A stretch of 64,000 nucleotides of DNA, from positions 320,001 through 384,000 of the forward strand of contig CAXXYE010000008.1 of NCBI GenBank assembly GCA_963674865.2. The letters are read 5' to 3'. Position 1 is the first letter of the stretch. Each line of letters starts with the position of its first letter. Source of the DNA: Candidatus Hydrogenedentota bacterium. Its GTDB lineage: Bacteria > Hydrogenedentota > Hydrogenedentia > Hydrogenedentales > SLHB01. The position numbers were made by a program, and so were the translations under genes. Shown here piece after piece: positions 17,518-27,403 of the stretch. Below the pieces are notes generated by a model. It made no database searches. It was not told where the DNA came from and saw only the letters and a program-made list of their open reading frames with translations.

Positions 17518-18885
17518 ATGAACCTGTCTCCCGTTAAGGCGAATTGCACTCGTCTCATTCTGTTACTTGCCCTTCTCGCCCTGCCCTCGGTTGCCGATAT
17601 GGATATGGTGGCGGACATCAATCCAGGGCCTGCCAACGCCTATCCGATGTTTCTGGCGCCGTTGGGACGCGCCGTGTGCTGCGCCGCCCACGACGACACG
17701 CACGGGACGGAACTCTGGCGCGCATGCAGCGCGGGCGCTGTGATCCTCAAGGACATTTGCCCCGGCCCGGAAGGCTCCGATCCATGGCTAATCACCCCGG
17801 ACGCGACGGGCGATACGCTCTATTTTCGCGCCAACGACGGCCGACACGGCATCGAACTCTGGCGCACGGACGGCACGCCGGACGGCACCATGCTGGTGAA
17901 GGACATCCGCCGCGGCAAGAAAGGCTCGGGGCCGCTGGGCCTGACCACCGTCGGGAATGCCGTGTTCTTCTGCGCTGATGACGGGAAATGCGGTGCGGAA
18001 CTCTGGCGTAGCGACGGTACGCGGAAAGGAACCGTCCTCGTCAAGGACATCGCCGATGGCCCCGGCGGCTCGTTCCCGCACGACTTCAAGTGCATGGGCG
18101 GTATGCTCTTCTTCTGCGTCGATGACGGTGAACATGGGACGGAACTCTGGCGCAGCGATGGGACCTCCGAAGGGACTGCCCTTGTCTGTGACATCTGTCC
18201 CGGCGCGGGCGGCTCGACGCCCCAGCAGCTTGCCGTATTCAACGGCGCGTTATACCTCCGCGCCAACGACGGCGTCCACGGCAGCGAGTTATGGACGACT
18301 GACGGCACGCCCGAAGGCACGCGCCTTGTCAAGGATATCCGGCCCGGCTCCGACGCTTCCGGCCCAGGCTACCTCACTGCCTGTAACGGGCGGCTTTTCT
18401 TCCGCGCCAACGACGGCGTCCACGAGAGCGAGCTTTGGGCCTCCGACGGCACGCCCGAGGGCACGTGTCTGATCAAGGACATCAAGGCCGGCCCGGCCGG
18501 CTCCTATCCCGGCCACATGGCCGCGGGGGACGACAGGGTCTTCTTTATCGCCAATGACGACGTGTACGGCACGGAGTTGTGGTCGAGTGACGGCACCACC
18601 GAAGGAACGGTGAGGCTCGGGGATATCCGCCCCGGCATATGGAGCGCCGAGCCCCGCGAACTCACCTTGGTGGGCAAGCACCTCTATTGCAGCGCCTATA
18701 CCAACGAAACCGGGAGAGAGCTCTGGGCCTGCGATATTGCGGCGGGCGGCTCTCCGGTGCTTCTGGATGTCCGCCCCGGCGTGGACGGCGCGGATGCGCA
18801 GGCCCTGACAGTGGCCGGCGATCGACTCTTCTTTCATGCCTCAGACGGCGTCAACGGGAACGAGCTCTGGTGCGTGTCGCCGTAG
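17518..18885 (+). CDS. Secreted ELWxxDGT repeat protein
   Basis: About nine ~48-aa repeats of F.A.DG.HG.ELW.SDGT..GT.LVKDI.PG; signal peptide. Confidence 0.92.
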   Translation: MNLSPVKANCTRLILLLALLALPSVADMDMVADINPGPANAYPMFLAPLGRAVCCAAHDDTHGTELWRACSAGAVILKDICPGPEGSDPWLITPDATGDTLYFRANDGRHGIELWRTDGTPDGTMLVKDIRRGKKGSGPLGLTTVGNAVFFCADDGKCGAELWRSDGTRKGTVLVKDIADGPGGSFPHDFKCMGGMLFFCVDDGEHGTELWRSDGTSEGTALVCDICPGAGGSTPQQLAVFNGALYLRANDGVHGSELWTTDGTPEGTRLVKDIRPGSDASGPGYLTACNGRLFFRANDGVHESELWASDGTPEGTCLIKDIKAGPAGSYPGHMAAGDDRVFFIANDDVYGTELWSSDGTTEGTVRLGDIRPGIWSAEPRELTLVGKHLYCSAYTNETGRELWACDIAAGGSPVLLDVRPGVDGADAQALTVAGDRLFFHASDGVNGNELWCVSP

Positions 18886-19144
18886 TCGGTTGAGTGACCC
18901 GTCTACGGCGCGGGATGCTATGCCTCCACTGACGGGACTGCGTTCTGGGACAGCGCTTCGACCCCCGGGCTGTCGCCCGCTACGCTGACTTTGTGTTGGA
19001 GATACCTTGTTGGCGCTCGGGGGGCACTCGCACTACTCATGGCGATGTGCACGGGAGGGTCGCGCTCCTGCGCGACTTGGTGTGCGCGAAAGTGCCCCAT
19101 CCTGAAGATGGCGCTGCCGGCCGTGAGAGGCTTCGCCTTCGGCC

Positions 19145-20107
19145 CTATGGCAATCGGAAGATGCGGGCGGCATTGGCCCAATACAGCTTCTCGAGCACCG
19201 GCGGGGGAAGGGCCAGCGTCTCCTCGAAGTAGCTGAAATGCCCGAGATAGGACTTGCGCGCGCGATCCACACGCTCCCGGCGCCCGGCGGGATCAGATGG
19301 GAAGGTGCGTTCGTCCACTTCCCAATCGACGCCGTAGAGGACGCGATCGGCGCAGCGGATGAGGAAATCCCGAACTTGCTCATTCGGATGCCCTTGGAGG
19401 TCCCCGACGCGGCCGGCTGTATCCACACAGGCGTTGGGGAAGCGCTCCAAGAATCGCGCGATCTCGCTGAGATCGTGGGCCAGGCTGGCGAGATGGCACG
19501 CAATGAAAGTCATTTCGGGATAGCGTTGGACGAGATTGTCCCGGTGCGCCATGAGTTCCTCGTGGGACGGGACGTCGTCCCGGCCATACATGAGTTCCTC
19601 GGGATGGTCTTTGTAGTAGCCGTAATGTGGTGACGCCGGATCGAGTGGCCGCCACGCGCTTTTCGGATCGCCTTGGTGCATGAGCAGGGGAAGCCCTTGC
19701 GCGGCCACGAAGTCGAAGACGGGGGCGAAGCGCGAGTCGTCGCAGAAGACGCACTTTCCCTCTTCATCCCTGAGCATGGTGCCCAGGTCCTTCCAAATCT
19801 TCACGGCGACGGCGCCGTGCTCCTGGATGTCGCGCCGCAGTTTGGCGATGGCGTCTTCGGCAAATCCCGGCGCGTTGAACGGCCGGATGCTGAACGACGC
19901 GCAATACAGAAAGCGCCCGGGATAGTCGCCTGTATCTTCACGAAGCCGCTTCTCGTAGGCGAGCACGCCGCCCGGCTCCAAGAATCCCCCGTAGGAGATG
20001 TTGAGCACGGCGGCGATATCGAGCGAATCGAGGACTTCGACGTAGGTGTCCTTCGGCCCTTCGACATGGGCATGGACGTCGAACTTCTTGTAGGTGATCT
20101 CAGGCAT
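19145..20107 (-). CDS. Amidohydrolase family protein (Amidohydro_2)
   Basis: DVHAH, AVKIWK, LMHQGDP, IACHLAS, VDTAGR, RVLYGVD, LYWANA. Confidence 0.88.
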   Translation of the reverse strand: MPEITYKKFDVHAHVEGPKDTYVEVLDSLDIAAVLNISYGGFLEPGGVLAYEKRLREDTGDYPGRFLYCASFSIRPFNAPGFAEDAIAKLRRDIQEHGAVAVKIWKDLGTMLRDEEGKCVFCDDSRFAPVFDFVAAQGLPLLMHQGDPKSAWRPLDPASPHYGYYKDHPEELMYGRDDVPSHEELMAHRDNLVQRYPEMTFIACHLASLAHDLSEIARFLERFPNACVDTAGRVGDLQGHPNEQVRDFLIRCADRVLYGVDWEVDERTFPSDPAGRRERVDRARKSYLGHFSYFEETLALPPPVLEKLYWANAARIFRLP

Positions 20108-20118
20108 GGCGAGGCCTG

Positions 20119-21819
20119 CTAACGCTTCTGTTCCGTCGGCTTGGCGTCGATCTTGGCTTTCGCGCCCGTCCCGGGCCCGGGCGCCGGCGGGATCTCCTTG
20201 GGGACGCCGAGTTTGCGCTGGTAGAGCATGAGCGGATTGCCGCGCGGCGTCATGTCCACCACATCGCACCCCTTCCAGGTGACGGTGAAATCGATGCCGC
20301 GGACGTTTTCGCAGCGAACCGTCTCGTGCAAGGGATGGCTGAGGAGAATTTCATCCCCTTGGGCGGCGCCGTCGATCTTGAGGCATGCGCCGTCCCAGAG
20401 GAGTGGGCGATCTTCCCCGTTGATGGTGAGCGTGAGGTGCGCGCCCATGAAGGGAAAAGTCCGCAGCCGGTAGTCGCCCGGCTCGTTTGCGACAACCTTG
20501 AGCCGGCCTTCATTGGGATAGCCTATCTCGACGGAGGCCTGAGCCGTCTTCCTCTCCATGGGAAAGTTGACGTAGATCTTGTCATCGCGCGTCTCGATGA
20601 TCCGCTCCCACACCATATGCAGCGCCTGGGGAGCCGTGCCGACGCAGCATCCGGCGATGGCGCGAAACCGGGCGAGGGAAACGGAATTCGGCTCGCCCCC
20701 GCCCGACCACCCGCCGACCACGCGTTTATTGAGGTCTTTGTACGTGATTCCCGGCTCATCTATCTCGTGATCGTTGTCGACGCCTACAAAGCCGGTATCC
20801 TTAATCTGTTGTTCGTAGAGCTGGTTGCGCATGTACCGGTTGATGAGATCATAGGGGCGTTCGTCACCCGTGTCTATCAGCTCGAAGCCGCACTGGATCA
20901 TGTCCTTGATGCAGCACGTCTCGCAATGCTCTTCCGTCATGGGATGCCACTGCGCGTACTCGGGCACCCACCCGAATTCCGAGGAAAGCGACTCGACATA
21001 GTCATAGATCATTTTGCCGAAGCGTATGTAGCGCTCCGTGTCCGTGAGCCGCCCGAGGAGGATGAGTCCCGCGGCCGCCCATACGGCCGAGTGAACGTGG
21101 CCAAAGAACTCGCCCCTGTAATTGAAGTAGCGCGAGATTCCTAGGAGGTGGTTGGCGATGCCCGTAGCCAAGTCCAGACTCACCTCATCCCCCGTGAGTT
21201 GCCAGTGCTTTACCAAGGCGCGCAGCATCATCCCGTTGCGGATGGACTCCTCGCCGCGGCCCGTCACCCGCGTATAGTCAAAGCCCTTATCCTTGATATA
21301 CACGTCATTTGGGAACTCGTAGATGTGGCTATCAAAGGCGAAGTCGCCGCTCCAGAACGTGCGCGTCTTGCGCTCATGAACCAGCCCGCGAAGGGCATGG
21401 ATGAGGTTGCCGGCGAGCTTCTCCGCCTCGGGGTCCTCTTCCCGCTCGATGATGAAGTTCAGGGCCGCCAATAGGTATGCGTCCTCGTGGAATGAATGAT
21501 GGATGGTGTGCGTCCAGGGATACGGCTCATGGTAGCGCAGGCCGTCTTCGCCCCAGTGTCTGTATAGATGCCGTTTGAATCCTGCCTGGACCTCCGCGCC
21601 CTCGTCCGTTCCTAAGATCTCCCGTACGGAGGCGATGGCGTTGTACCAGCTTGCCACGAGTTCCGCGTCGTCCACGCGGCAATGCTTCGCCCACGAGGGA
21701 TACGCGGTGATCTGCACGAGCCAGTAGGGGAGGTAATCGCGCTCGGCATCCACCATCTTGGTGAGATAATTGAGGGCGAGGCGGGCGGACAGATCGAGGT
21801 CAAATTTCTCATACTGCAT
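20119..21819 (-). CDS. GH127-like (beta-L-arabinofuranosidase-type) glycoside hydrolase
   Basis: GHVHS, CETCC, RNQLYEQQ and GCCVG motifs resemble the Zn/Cys centre of GH127/146. GGAG RBS before ATG 21819. Confidence 0.7.
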   Translation of the reverse strand: MQYEKFDLDLSARLALNYLTKMVDAERDYLPYWLVQITAYPSWAKHCRVDDAELVASWYNAIASVREILGTDEGAEVQAGFKRHLYRHWGEDGLRYHEPYPWTHTIHHSFHEDAYLLAALNFIIEREEDPEAEKLAGNLIHALRGLVHERKTRTFWSGDFAFDSHIYEFPNDVYIKDKGFDYTRVTGRGEESIRNGMMLRALVKHWQLTGDEVSLDLATGIANHLLGISRYFNYRGEFFGHVHSAVWAAAGLILLGRLTDTERYIRFGKMIYDYVESLSSEFGWVPEYAQWHPMTEEHCETCCIKDMIQCGFELIDTGDERPYDLINRYMRNQLYEQQIKDTGFVGVDNDHEIDEPGITYKDLNKRVVGGWSGGGEPNSVSLARFRAIAGCCVGTAPQALHMVWERIIETRDDKIYVNFPMERKTAQASVEIGYPNEGRLKVVANEPGDYRLRTFPFMGAHLTLTINGEDRPLLWDGACLKIDGAAQGDEILLSHPLHETVRCENVRGIDFTVTWKGCDVVDMTPRGNPLMLYQRKLGVPKEIPPAPGPGTGAKAKIDAKPTEQKR

Positions 21820-21964
21820 TCGGGAGACTCCTTCTTGTGTGGGATCGACGCTGCGCGCGCCGGCCCGCACGTTATACGGTGCCAATGCGGGCCAGTCAAC
21901 ATCGCTTCGAGCGCCGGATGCGCCAAGAATAGTGGGTGTGCCTCGAACCGGCCAGGCCTGTGGT

Positions 21965-23989
21965 TCAAGACACTGTGGAGATTCGACCTCGCGGCAAAGC
22001 GTCTTCGATCCACCCCAGCAATTGGCGGGCACGGGCGGAGCCGGTGTGGAATTCCATCAGGTGCTCGCGGCCCCGGGTCGCGATGGCGGCCGCCTCGTCG
22101 GGATGGGCGAGGTAGTGTTCGAGCTTCGCCTCGAGATCGGCCAGGTCGTCAAAGAACACAGCGGATTCGCCGTCGCGGAAGTTGTGGGGGATTCGGATGG
22201 GGGGCCGTTCGGAGAGGAGCATGCAGCCGTGGGCGGGGAGTTCCCAGTAGCGGACGGTGTCGAAGCCGAAGCCGAAGGCATTCAGGCCGATCCGCGTTCT
22301 GCTGAGGGCGTCGACGTACTCCTGCTGCGTGTATTGCGCGTCGAACTTCCGGTTGAGCATCTGCTCGATGCGCTCGACATAGAGCCGGCGAAGCCCGGCG
22401 CTCCGGTGGCCCGCCCAGAAGAATGGCTCCGGCCTGTTCACGCTCGCCGCTGCCGGTACGCGGCCATCCGGGTAGCCGAACGGCAGGGGGAACACAGCGG
22501 GGCCGTAATCCACGCAGGTAAGCATCTCGCGCTTGAAGTATCCCGTGGCCGCCGACGCGCCGATGTGTCGGAGAACGGCCGGCCGATAGTCATTGGGCTC
22601 ATCTTGTGCGTCCACGATGAACAGAGGGATATCCCCGGCCGCCTCGATGAGCCGGCGTGCATCCGCCTCAGGCACGGCCAACTCGACGTCCCCGAAGAGG
22701 ATCAGATCGAACGCGCCCGCACAGAGGCGCTTGGCAACGCCGTCGAGGTCCAGGCGCGTTCCCGGATGGCCGAACATGCACGGATAATCTCTCTGATCCG
22801 TCGGCGGCTCGCCGTGAAGCGTCGCTTTCCACGGGAAATCAATGACATTTTCCGCGCCAAGTACGCCGCACAGGCCGTCAAACAGCACGTCGAGGCCATA
22901 ATGGGGGCGGGGATTGGTGATGAAAAGCACGCGCGGGGGCCGGCCTTCGGGCGTCCAGGCGGGCGGAGTCGCTTCAGGGCCCTTTTCGGCGGGCGGTGCA
23001 GCCTGAAGGTACCGCTCGAGCTGACGCTCTGTCGACTCGTTCGGGGAGATGTGCTGGCTCGTCCGGAGGACACGGGAAGCCATGGCCGTGTCGCCGATCC
23101 GATGCCAGAACTCCGCCTGACATTGGTAGGAAAGACAGAGGTCCGGAGCCAGGGTCGAGGCCCTATGGAAGAGGCGAAGCCCCTGATAGAATCGCTCGAT
23201 CCGCGCTGAATCCGCCGCCTTCTTGTCCCATGCCAGCAGGCATAGCTGCATTTCCGAGGCCACGACGGCGGCCACTTGCGGATCTGCTACATAGGCCTGA
23301 GGAATCGCAGACAGCACCTCGTATCCCCACTCGGGATGACCGTCGTCGAAGAGTTCCCGCGCGTGACTGACGGGATTGTATTCCAGCCGCACCGCGAGAT
23401 AGGCGCAGGCGGACGTGGTGAGGTCCTCGAGTTCCTCGGGGGTGTCCACGTGAATGCTCTGGCCGTCAAGAAGCAGGTTCCCGTCTGCATCCGGCCGTAG
23501 TTCCCCTGCAGCCGGGTCCTTGAAAGGCCAACGCGCGTACACAAGCAGGTTGGCTTCGGTGGCGGCCGACTGTACCTCTTGCAGGCCCATAGGCGGCGGG
23601 CCGCTTTCCCGGGCGCGCCGGCATAATGGATTCCCTGCGATGAGAACCACGCAGCCCCTGCGCGCGAGAAAGGCCGCAAGACGGCGCAAGACATCTTCGA
23701 TGCCGCAGATCCCCCCCGCCGTTGTGTCGAGTATGATGCAGTCGAAGCCGCCTTCGTCAAAAGGCAATTGCAGGAAGCGGGGATCCCCCGCCAGAAACGA
23801 GTCCAGGCATGAAACCGCCTTCTCTGAGACGGAGGCGTTGCCCCCAATCCCGTGGATCTCTTCGGCCCCGCGACGTCTCAGCAACGGCTCGAGGAGTCCC
23901 GCTTCATGGCCCACGACGAGGACGCGTCGGATGAACTGAGGCAGGCGCTGGACCACCTCCACGAAGTGCGACGTAGTCTTCAGACTCAT
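21965..23989 (-). CDS. Methyltransferase-like + TPR + CgeB-type (Glyco_trans_1_2) glycosyltransferase
   Basis: N-terminal degenerate SAM fold (RVLVVG..FDCIIL), helical middle. C-terminal YFKRE, RIGLNAFGFGFDTVRYWE, IATRGREH..HT. Confidence 0.8.
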   Translation of the reverse strand: MSLKTTSHFVEVVQRLPQFIRRVLVVGHEAGLLEPLLRRRGAEEIHGIGGNASVSEKAVSCLDSFLAGDPRFLQLPFDEGGFDCIILDTTAGGICGIEDVLRRLAAFLARRGCVVLIAGNPLCRRARESGPPPMGLQEVQSAATEANLLVYARWPFKDPAAGELRPDADGNLLLDGQSIHVDTPEELEDLTTSACAYLAVRLEYNPVSHARELFDDGHPEWGYEVLSAIPQAYVADPQVAAVVASEMQLCLLAWDKKAADSARIERFYQGLRLFHRASTLAPDLCLSYQCQAEFWHRIGDTAMASRVLRTSQHISPNESTERQLERYLQAAPPAEKGPEATPPAWTPEGRPPRVLFITNPRPHYGLDVLFDGLCGVLGAENVIDFPWKATLHGEPPTDQRDYPCMFGHPGTRLDLDGVAKRLCAGAFDLILFGDVELAVPEADARRLIEAAGDIPLFIVDAQDEPNDYRPAVLRHIGASAATGYFKREMLTCVDYGPAVFPLPFGYPDGRVPAAASVNRPEPFFWAGHRSAGLRRLYVERIEQMLNRKFDAQYTQQEYVDALSRTRIGLNAFGFGFDTVRYWELPAHGCMLLSERPPIRIPHNFRDGESAVFFDDLADLEAKLEHYLAHPDEAAAIATRGREHLMEFHTGSARARQLLGWIEDALPRGRISTVS

Positions 23990-24232
23990 GTCAACAACCG
24001 GCCTTGCGGCATTTCTTCTCCCTCGCTGCCTGGCCCGCTTTCCTCACAGCCGCATAGCAAGACTGTGCGCATGTTATGTGGAACGGGCCCCTTACCTCAA
24101 GGGCCTGCTGTTGGAGAATCTCGCAGAGCGTACCGAAATCGACGCACCGAGATATGGGCGTGACAAAACATGTCCAAAGTATTATTATTGAGCATTGAAC
24201 TTGAGCAGTGGAGAAAGAGGAGGCTTCGAGAC

Positions 24233-24379
24233 ATGAAAAAGATGATTGCGGCGATTCTGGGCACGGCCATAGCGGCTGTGGCGATACTCGGTTGTTCCGC
24301 ACAGAATGGCGGCGGCGGTGGTGACGAGAACTACGAGGCCAACAAGCAAGCGGTAGAAGACGCCGAGTCTGGCGACTAA
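24233..24379 (+). CDS. Small lipoprotein (48 aa)
   Basis: GAGGAGG RBS; MKKMIAAILGTAIAAVAILGC lipobox; acidic tail. Confidence 0.7.
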   Translation: MKKMIAAILGTAIAAVAILGCSAQNGGGGGDENYEANKQAVEDAESGD

Positions 24380-24509
24380 AGCGCCGCAGAAGACTTCTCA
24401 GGCACTTCCCGGATTCCTGTATCGGGAGTGTTCTGCTGACGAGCACTCCGGTGGATGCGGGTGCATGCGAAGTATCGCCCGTGCGCCGAGAGTTCAGCCA
24501 AGAGTAACT

Positions 24510-24542
24510 ATGGGCCGTCGGGACTATTGCCCGGCGGCCCAT
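24510..24542. terminator. Hairpin between convergent genes (probable terminator)
   Basis: ATGGGCCGTCGGG-actattg-CCCGGCGGCCCAT. Confidence 0.55.
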
Positions 24543-24564
24543 CTGTTGTCCCCCGGGGCGCGTC

Positions 24565-25641
24565 CTACGGCATCCCGGCCCGCCAGCGGCGGAGGACTTC
24601 CCGCGCCACGGCGCCATGAAACTCGTGTGCGCCGTCGAATTCGTCGACGAAGAGGCGGTGTGGGACGCCCGCGGCCTGATAGGCGCTGCGGACGCGTCGC
24701 AGGCCGCGCTCGGCCCACTCGTGGGGAATGAGCGGATCGCGCAGGCCGATCTCGAGCACCATGGGGCGTGGGGCGATGAGTGAGAAGATCTCCGGCGTGT
24801 CGCCGTAGCGGAGCAATCCAGGGATCAACTGCGCCCCGCATTGGTGCAGCGCCTGGTAACGCTCCTGGAAGAGATTCATGCAGCCGGACGGCACGGCGAT
24901 CTTGACGCGCGCGTCGAGGGCCGTGAGCATCATCGTCATTCTCCCGCCCAGGGAGAGTCCGACACATCCCAGCCGTTCGGGGTCGACCCCGTCGAGCCCG
25001 GTTAGGACGTCCAGGCCGGCTTCGAGGTCGCACAGGTTGAGGGCGGCTACCGTCGTCCCGAGCAAGGTGGCGCACATGTAGTTGCGGTAGCAGTGATCTT
25101 CGGGGGCATCGGGATAGTGCAGGCCGCGCTCACCGAATCCACGCAGATCCGGCGCAAGGACTACGAAGCCGTCTTCAGCGAGGACGCGGCCGTAGTCGTA
25201 GTGTAATCGCGCGATTTCATCACGGCGCTCCGGCGAATCGTCCAGCCCGGCCACGCTGTCTTTCCCGAACCGCCCGTGCCCGTGGATGCATAGGATGCCG
25301 GGGCGGCGCTCGCCCGGCGGCACACCCTTAGGACGAAGCAGAAACGCGGACACCATAACGCCCGGCTCGCTCTGATACCGGACGCGGCGACGCGTGTAGG
25401 CGCCGCAGTCGACCTCATTCTCGAGTTCGAGCCGGAGGTCTCCCTGCTCCGGGCGCTCGCCAAGGAGGCCAATGAGCGTCTTGCGGAATTCCCGTTGCCA
25501 CGCCGCTAGTCCCTCGGACGTCGAGCCTTGGAACAGCATGGACGGTTGAGCCTCGTCCAGGCGCTGAGTCAGGTCGTCTTCAAAGGCCCGTGGGCGCAAC
25601 GGAATCTCCTCACTTACGCCCGCGCCGCGCCGCCCGGGCAT
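24565..25641 (-). CDS. Alpha/beta hydrolase (dienelactone hydrolase/Abhydrolase_7-like)
   Basis: LCIHGHG, APDLRGFGER, GCVGLSLGG nucleophile elbow, LIAPRP, GAHEF. True start may be TTG at 25599 (GAGGAG RBS). Confidence 0.88.
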   Translation of the reverse strand: MPGRRGAGVSEEIPLRPRAFEDDLTQRLDEAQPSMLFQGSTSEGLAAWQREFRKTLIGLLGERPEQGDLRLELENEVDCGAYTRRRVRYQSEPGVMVSAFLLRPKGVPPGERRPGILCIHGHGRFGKDSVAGLDDSPERRDEIARLHYDYGRVLAEDGFVVLAPDLRGFGERGLHYPDAPEDHCYRNYMCATLLGTTVAALNLCDLEAGLDVLTGLDGVDPERLGCVGLSLGGRMTMMLTALDARVKIAVPSGCMNLFQERYQALHQCGAQLIPGLLRYGDTPEIFSLIAPRPMVLEIGLRDPLIPHEWAERGLRRVRSAYQAAGVPHRLFVDEFDGAHEFHGAVAREVLRRWRAGMP

Positions 25642-27196
25642 ACTCGATCATCTGGCTCCAGTCGCCGCCGACCTCCTTCCACCACCAAGAACGCTGCTCT
25701 TCGGGCAGGGCCGCGGGGGGGACGCGCGAGTCCCACGGCATCCGCGAATAGGGCCTGGGATTTTGGTCGAGACGGGGCCGCTCCGTCTGGTAGGGGACGG
25801 CTCGCAGGCCGCCGGAATCGTCCAGGGCCGGCTCCGGGCTGCTGTATTGACGGAGCCACGCGATGGCCGCGTCGCGGAGTTCGCGTTTGCGTGTCTGGTA
25901 GCCGGCGTCATCGGCGAGGTCGTGCAACTCGTGCGGGTCGTTTTGCAGGTCGTACAGCTCCTCGAATCCGCCTTCCTGGTAGTACATGTACTTCCAGTCC
26001 TTGTGGCGGACGTGCAGGAGGTAGTGTGGGGATGTCAGGCACTCCGAAAAGCTCAGTTCACGATGCGTTTCTCCGTCCAGGAATCCGAGGAGATCCTCGC
26101 CGTAGCGTTCGTTTCCTGCCTCAGCGCGGGCGGCCGTCGCCAATGTCGGGAAGATGTCGAGCAGGGAGACGACGTCATCCACGCGAGCGCCGGGTCGAAT
26201 GCGCCCCGGCCACCACGCCAGCATGGGGACGTGCAGGCTGCCCTCGTATCCGATCAACTTATGCCATTGGCCGTGATCGCCAAGCATCTCGCCGTGATCC
26301 GAGGTGAAGACAACGAGCGTGTTGTCGGCGAGGCCTTCCTCGTGAAGCGTCGCGAATAACCGCCCGATCTGCTCATCGATGAACGTGATGTTGGCATAGT
26401 AGAAGGCTTTCGCCCGACGCGCGGCCTCCTCTGAGTAGAGGTCGAACTCCTGCCGGCGGCGGTTGTGCGCGTAATAGGGGTTTTTCTCGGTTCCGTCGTC
26501 GGGCGAGAGCCACGGTGCGGGCATATCGGCCGGGTCGTATAGATCGAGCAAGTGGGAGGGACAGTCGAAGGACGGATGAGGCTTCACGAAGGACGTCCAG
26601 ACGAAGAACGGCTTGTCCTTGGGCCGATCCTCCTTCAGCCAGGCGACGGTGCGGTCGCCGCACCATTGCGTGACGTGGAACTCCTTGGGCAGGCCGTTGA
26701 TGACGGGCTTGATCTCGTTGTAGCCGATTTCCGGCGGCTTTTCCCATCCCCACATGCCGTTTTCGATGAGAAACTGATCATAATCGTCGAAAAAGGCCGC
26801 TTCGGCGTCCGGGGCGAAGCGGACCGGGCGCATCTCCTCCGATAGGATGAGGTGATCCATGCCGTAGGTCTCGCCCGTGGGCGTGAAGTGCATCTTGCCG
26901 ATGCCTTGCGTGTGGTAGCCGGCGTCGTTCAAGGTTGTGGCAAGGGTGTCGCGCCGATCCTCCGTGTCGCAGGAGTTGTTGAGGATCCCGAGCCGCCCGG
27001 CGGGATAGCCCGTGATGGTGCAGGCCCGCGCGGGCACGCACACCGGACACGGCGTCACGGCGTTCTCGAACACGGCCCCCTCGGCGGCCATCCGGTCGAG
27101 ATGCGGCGTCTGAATGACGCCATTCCCGTACGCGCCAAGCGTGTCCCACCGCTGCTGGTCCGTGAAAATGAGAATCAGGTTTGGCTTATTCTGCAT
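25610..27196 (-). CDS. Formylglycine-dependent sulfatase (choline-sulfatase-like)
   Basis: PNLILIFTDQQR, CVPAR (CxPxR), GKMH, KPHP, TSDHGEMLGDHG, ELYDLQNDPHE. Confidence 0.93.
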   Translation of the reverse strand: MQNKPNLILIFTDQQRWDTLGAYGNGVIQTPHLDRMAAEGAVFENAVTPCPVCVPARACTITGYPAGRLGILNNSCDTEDRRDTLATTLNDAGYHTQGIGKMHFTPTGETYGMDHLILSEEMRPVRFAPDAEAAFFDDYDQFLIENGMWGWEKPPEIGYNEIKPVINGLPKEFHVTQWCGDRTVAWLKEDRPKDKPFFVWTSFVKPHPSFDCPSHLLDLYDPADMPAPWLSPDDGTEKNPYYAHNRRRQEFDLYSEEAARRAKAFYYANITFIDEQIGRLFATLHEEGLADNTLVVFTSDHGEMLGDHGQWHKLIGYEGSLHVPMLAWWPGRIRPGARVDDVVSLLDIFPTLATAARAEAGNERYGEDLLGFLDGETHRELSFSECLTSPHYLLHVRHKDWKYMYYQEGGFEELYDLQNDPHELHDLADDAGYQTRKRELRDAAIAWLRQYSSPEPALDDSGGLRAVPYQTERPRLDQNPRPYSRMPWDSRVPPAALPEEQRSWWWKEVGGDWSQMIEYARAARRGRK

Positions 27197-27403
27197 GTCG
27201 CCTCCGCACTGCTGTGGCCTAAATCGTAACGATTCGCGCACCTCATCCGTCCGGAGAACATACTACGCCCTGCTTCGGGATGTCGAGCAATGGCGGCCGA
27301 TTGGCACCGTGCCACGGCATTGGAGGCATGACTTCCAGCGTGATGGGGCCTCGTTGAAGGCACAGCTAGGCAGGTGCGGAGAATGGAGGATTGATGTGTA
27401 ACG

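Noticed and set aside
17518..18885. Regularly spaced nucleotide repeats resembling a CRISPR array
   Set aside because: They are in-frame ELWxxDGT protein repeats with codon-level divergence; no cas genes.
21770..23209. 479-aa plus-strand ORF
   Set aside because: Antisense shadow of the glycosyltransferase, expected in high-GC DNA; no motifs. The same applies to 12929-13837, 35826-36770, 39281-40312, 41974-42900, 45950-47212 and 57591-58616.
24320..24379. DENYEAN peptide resembling a tmRNA tag
   Set aside because: It is part of a lipoprotein ORF; no ALAA-type end and no tRNA-like tmRNA termini.
24436..24475. Hammerhead ribozyme-like CTGACGA followed by a stem
   Set aside because: No GAAA directly after stem II and no convincing stems I/III.
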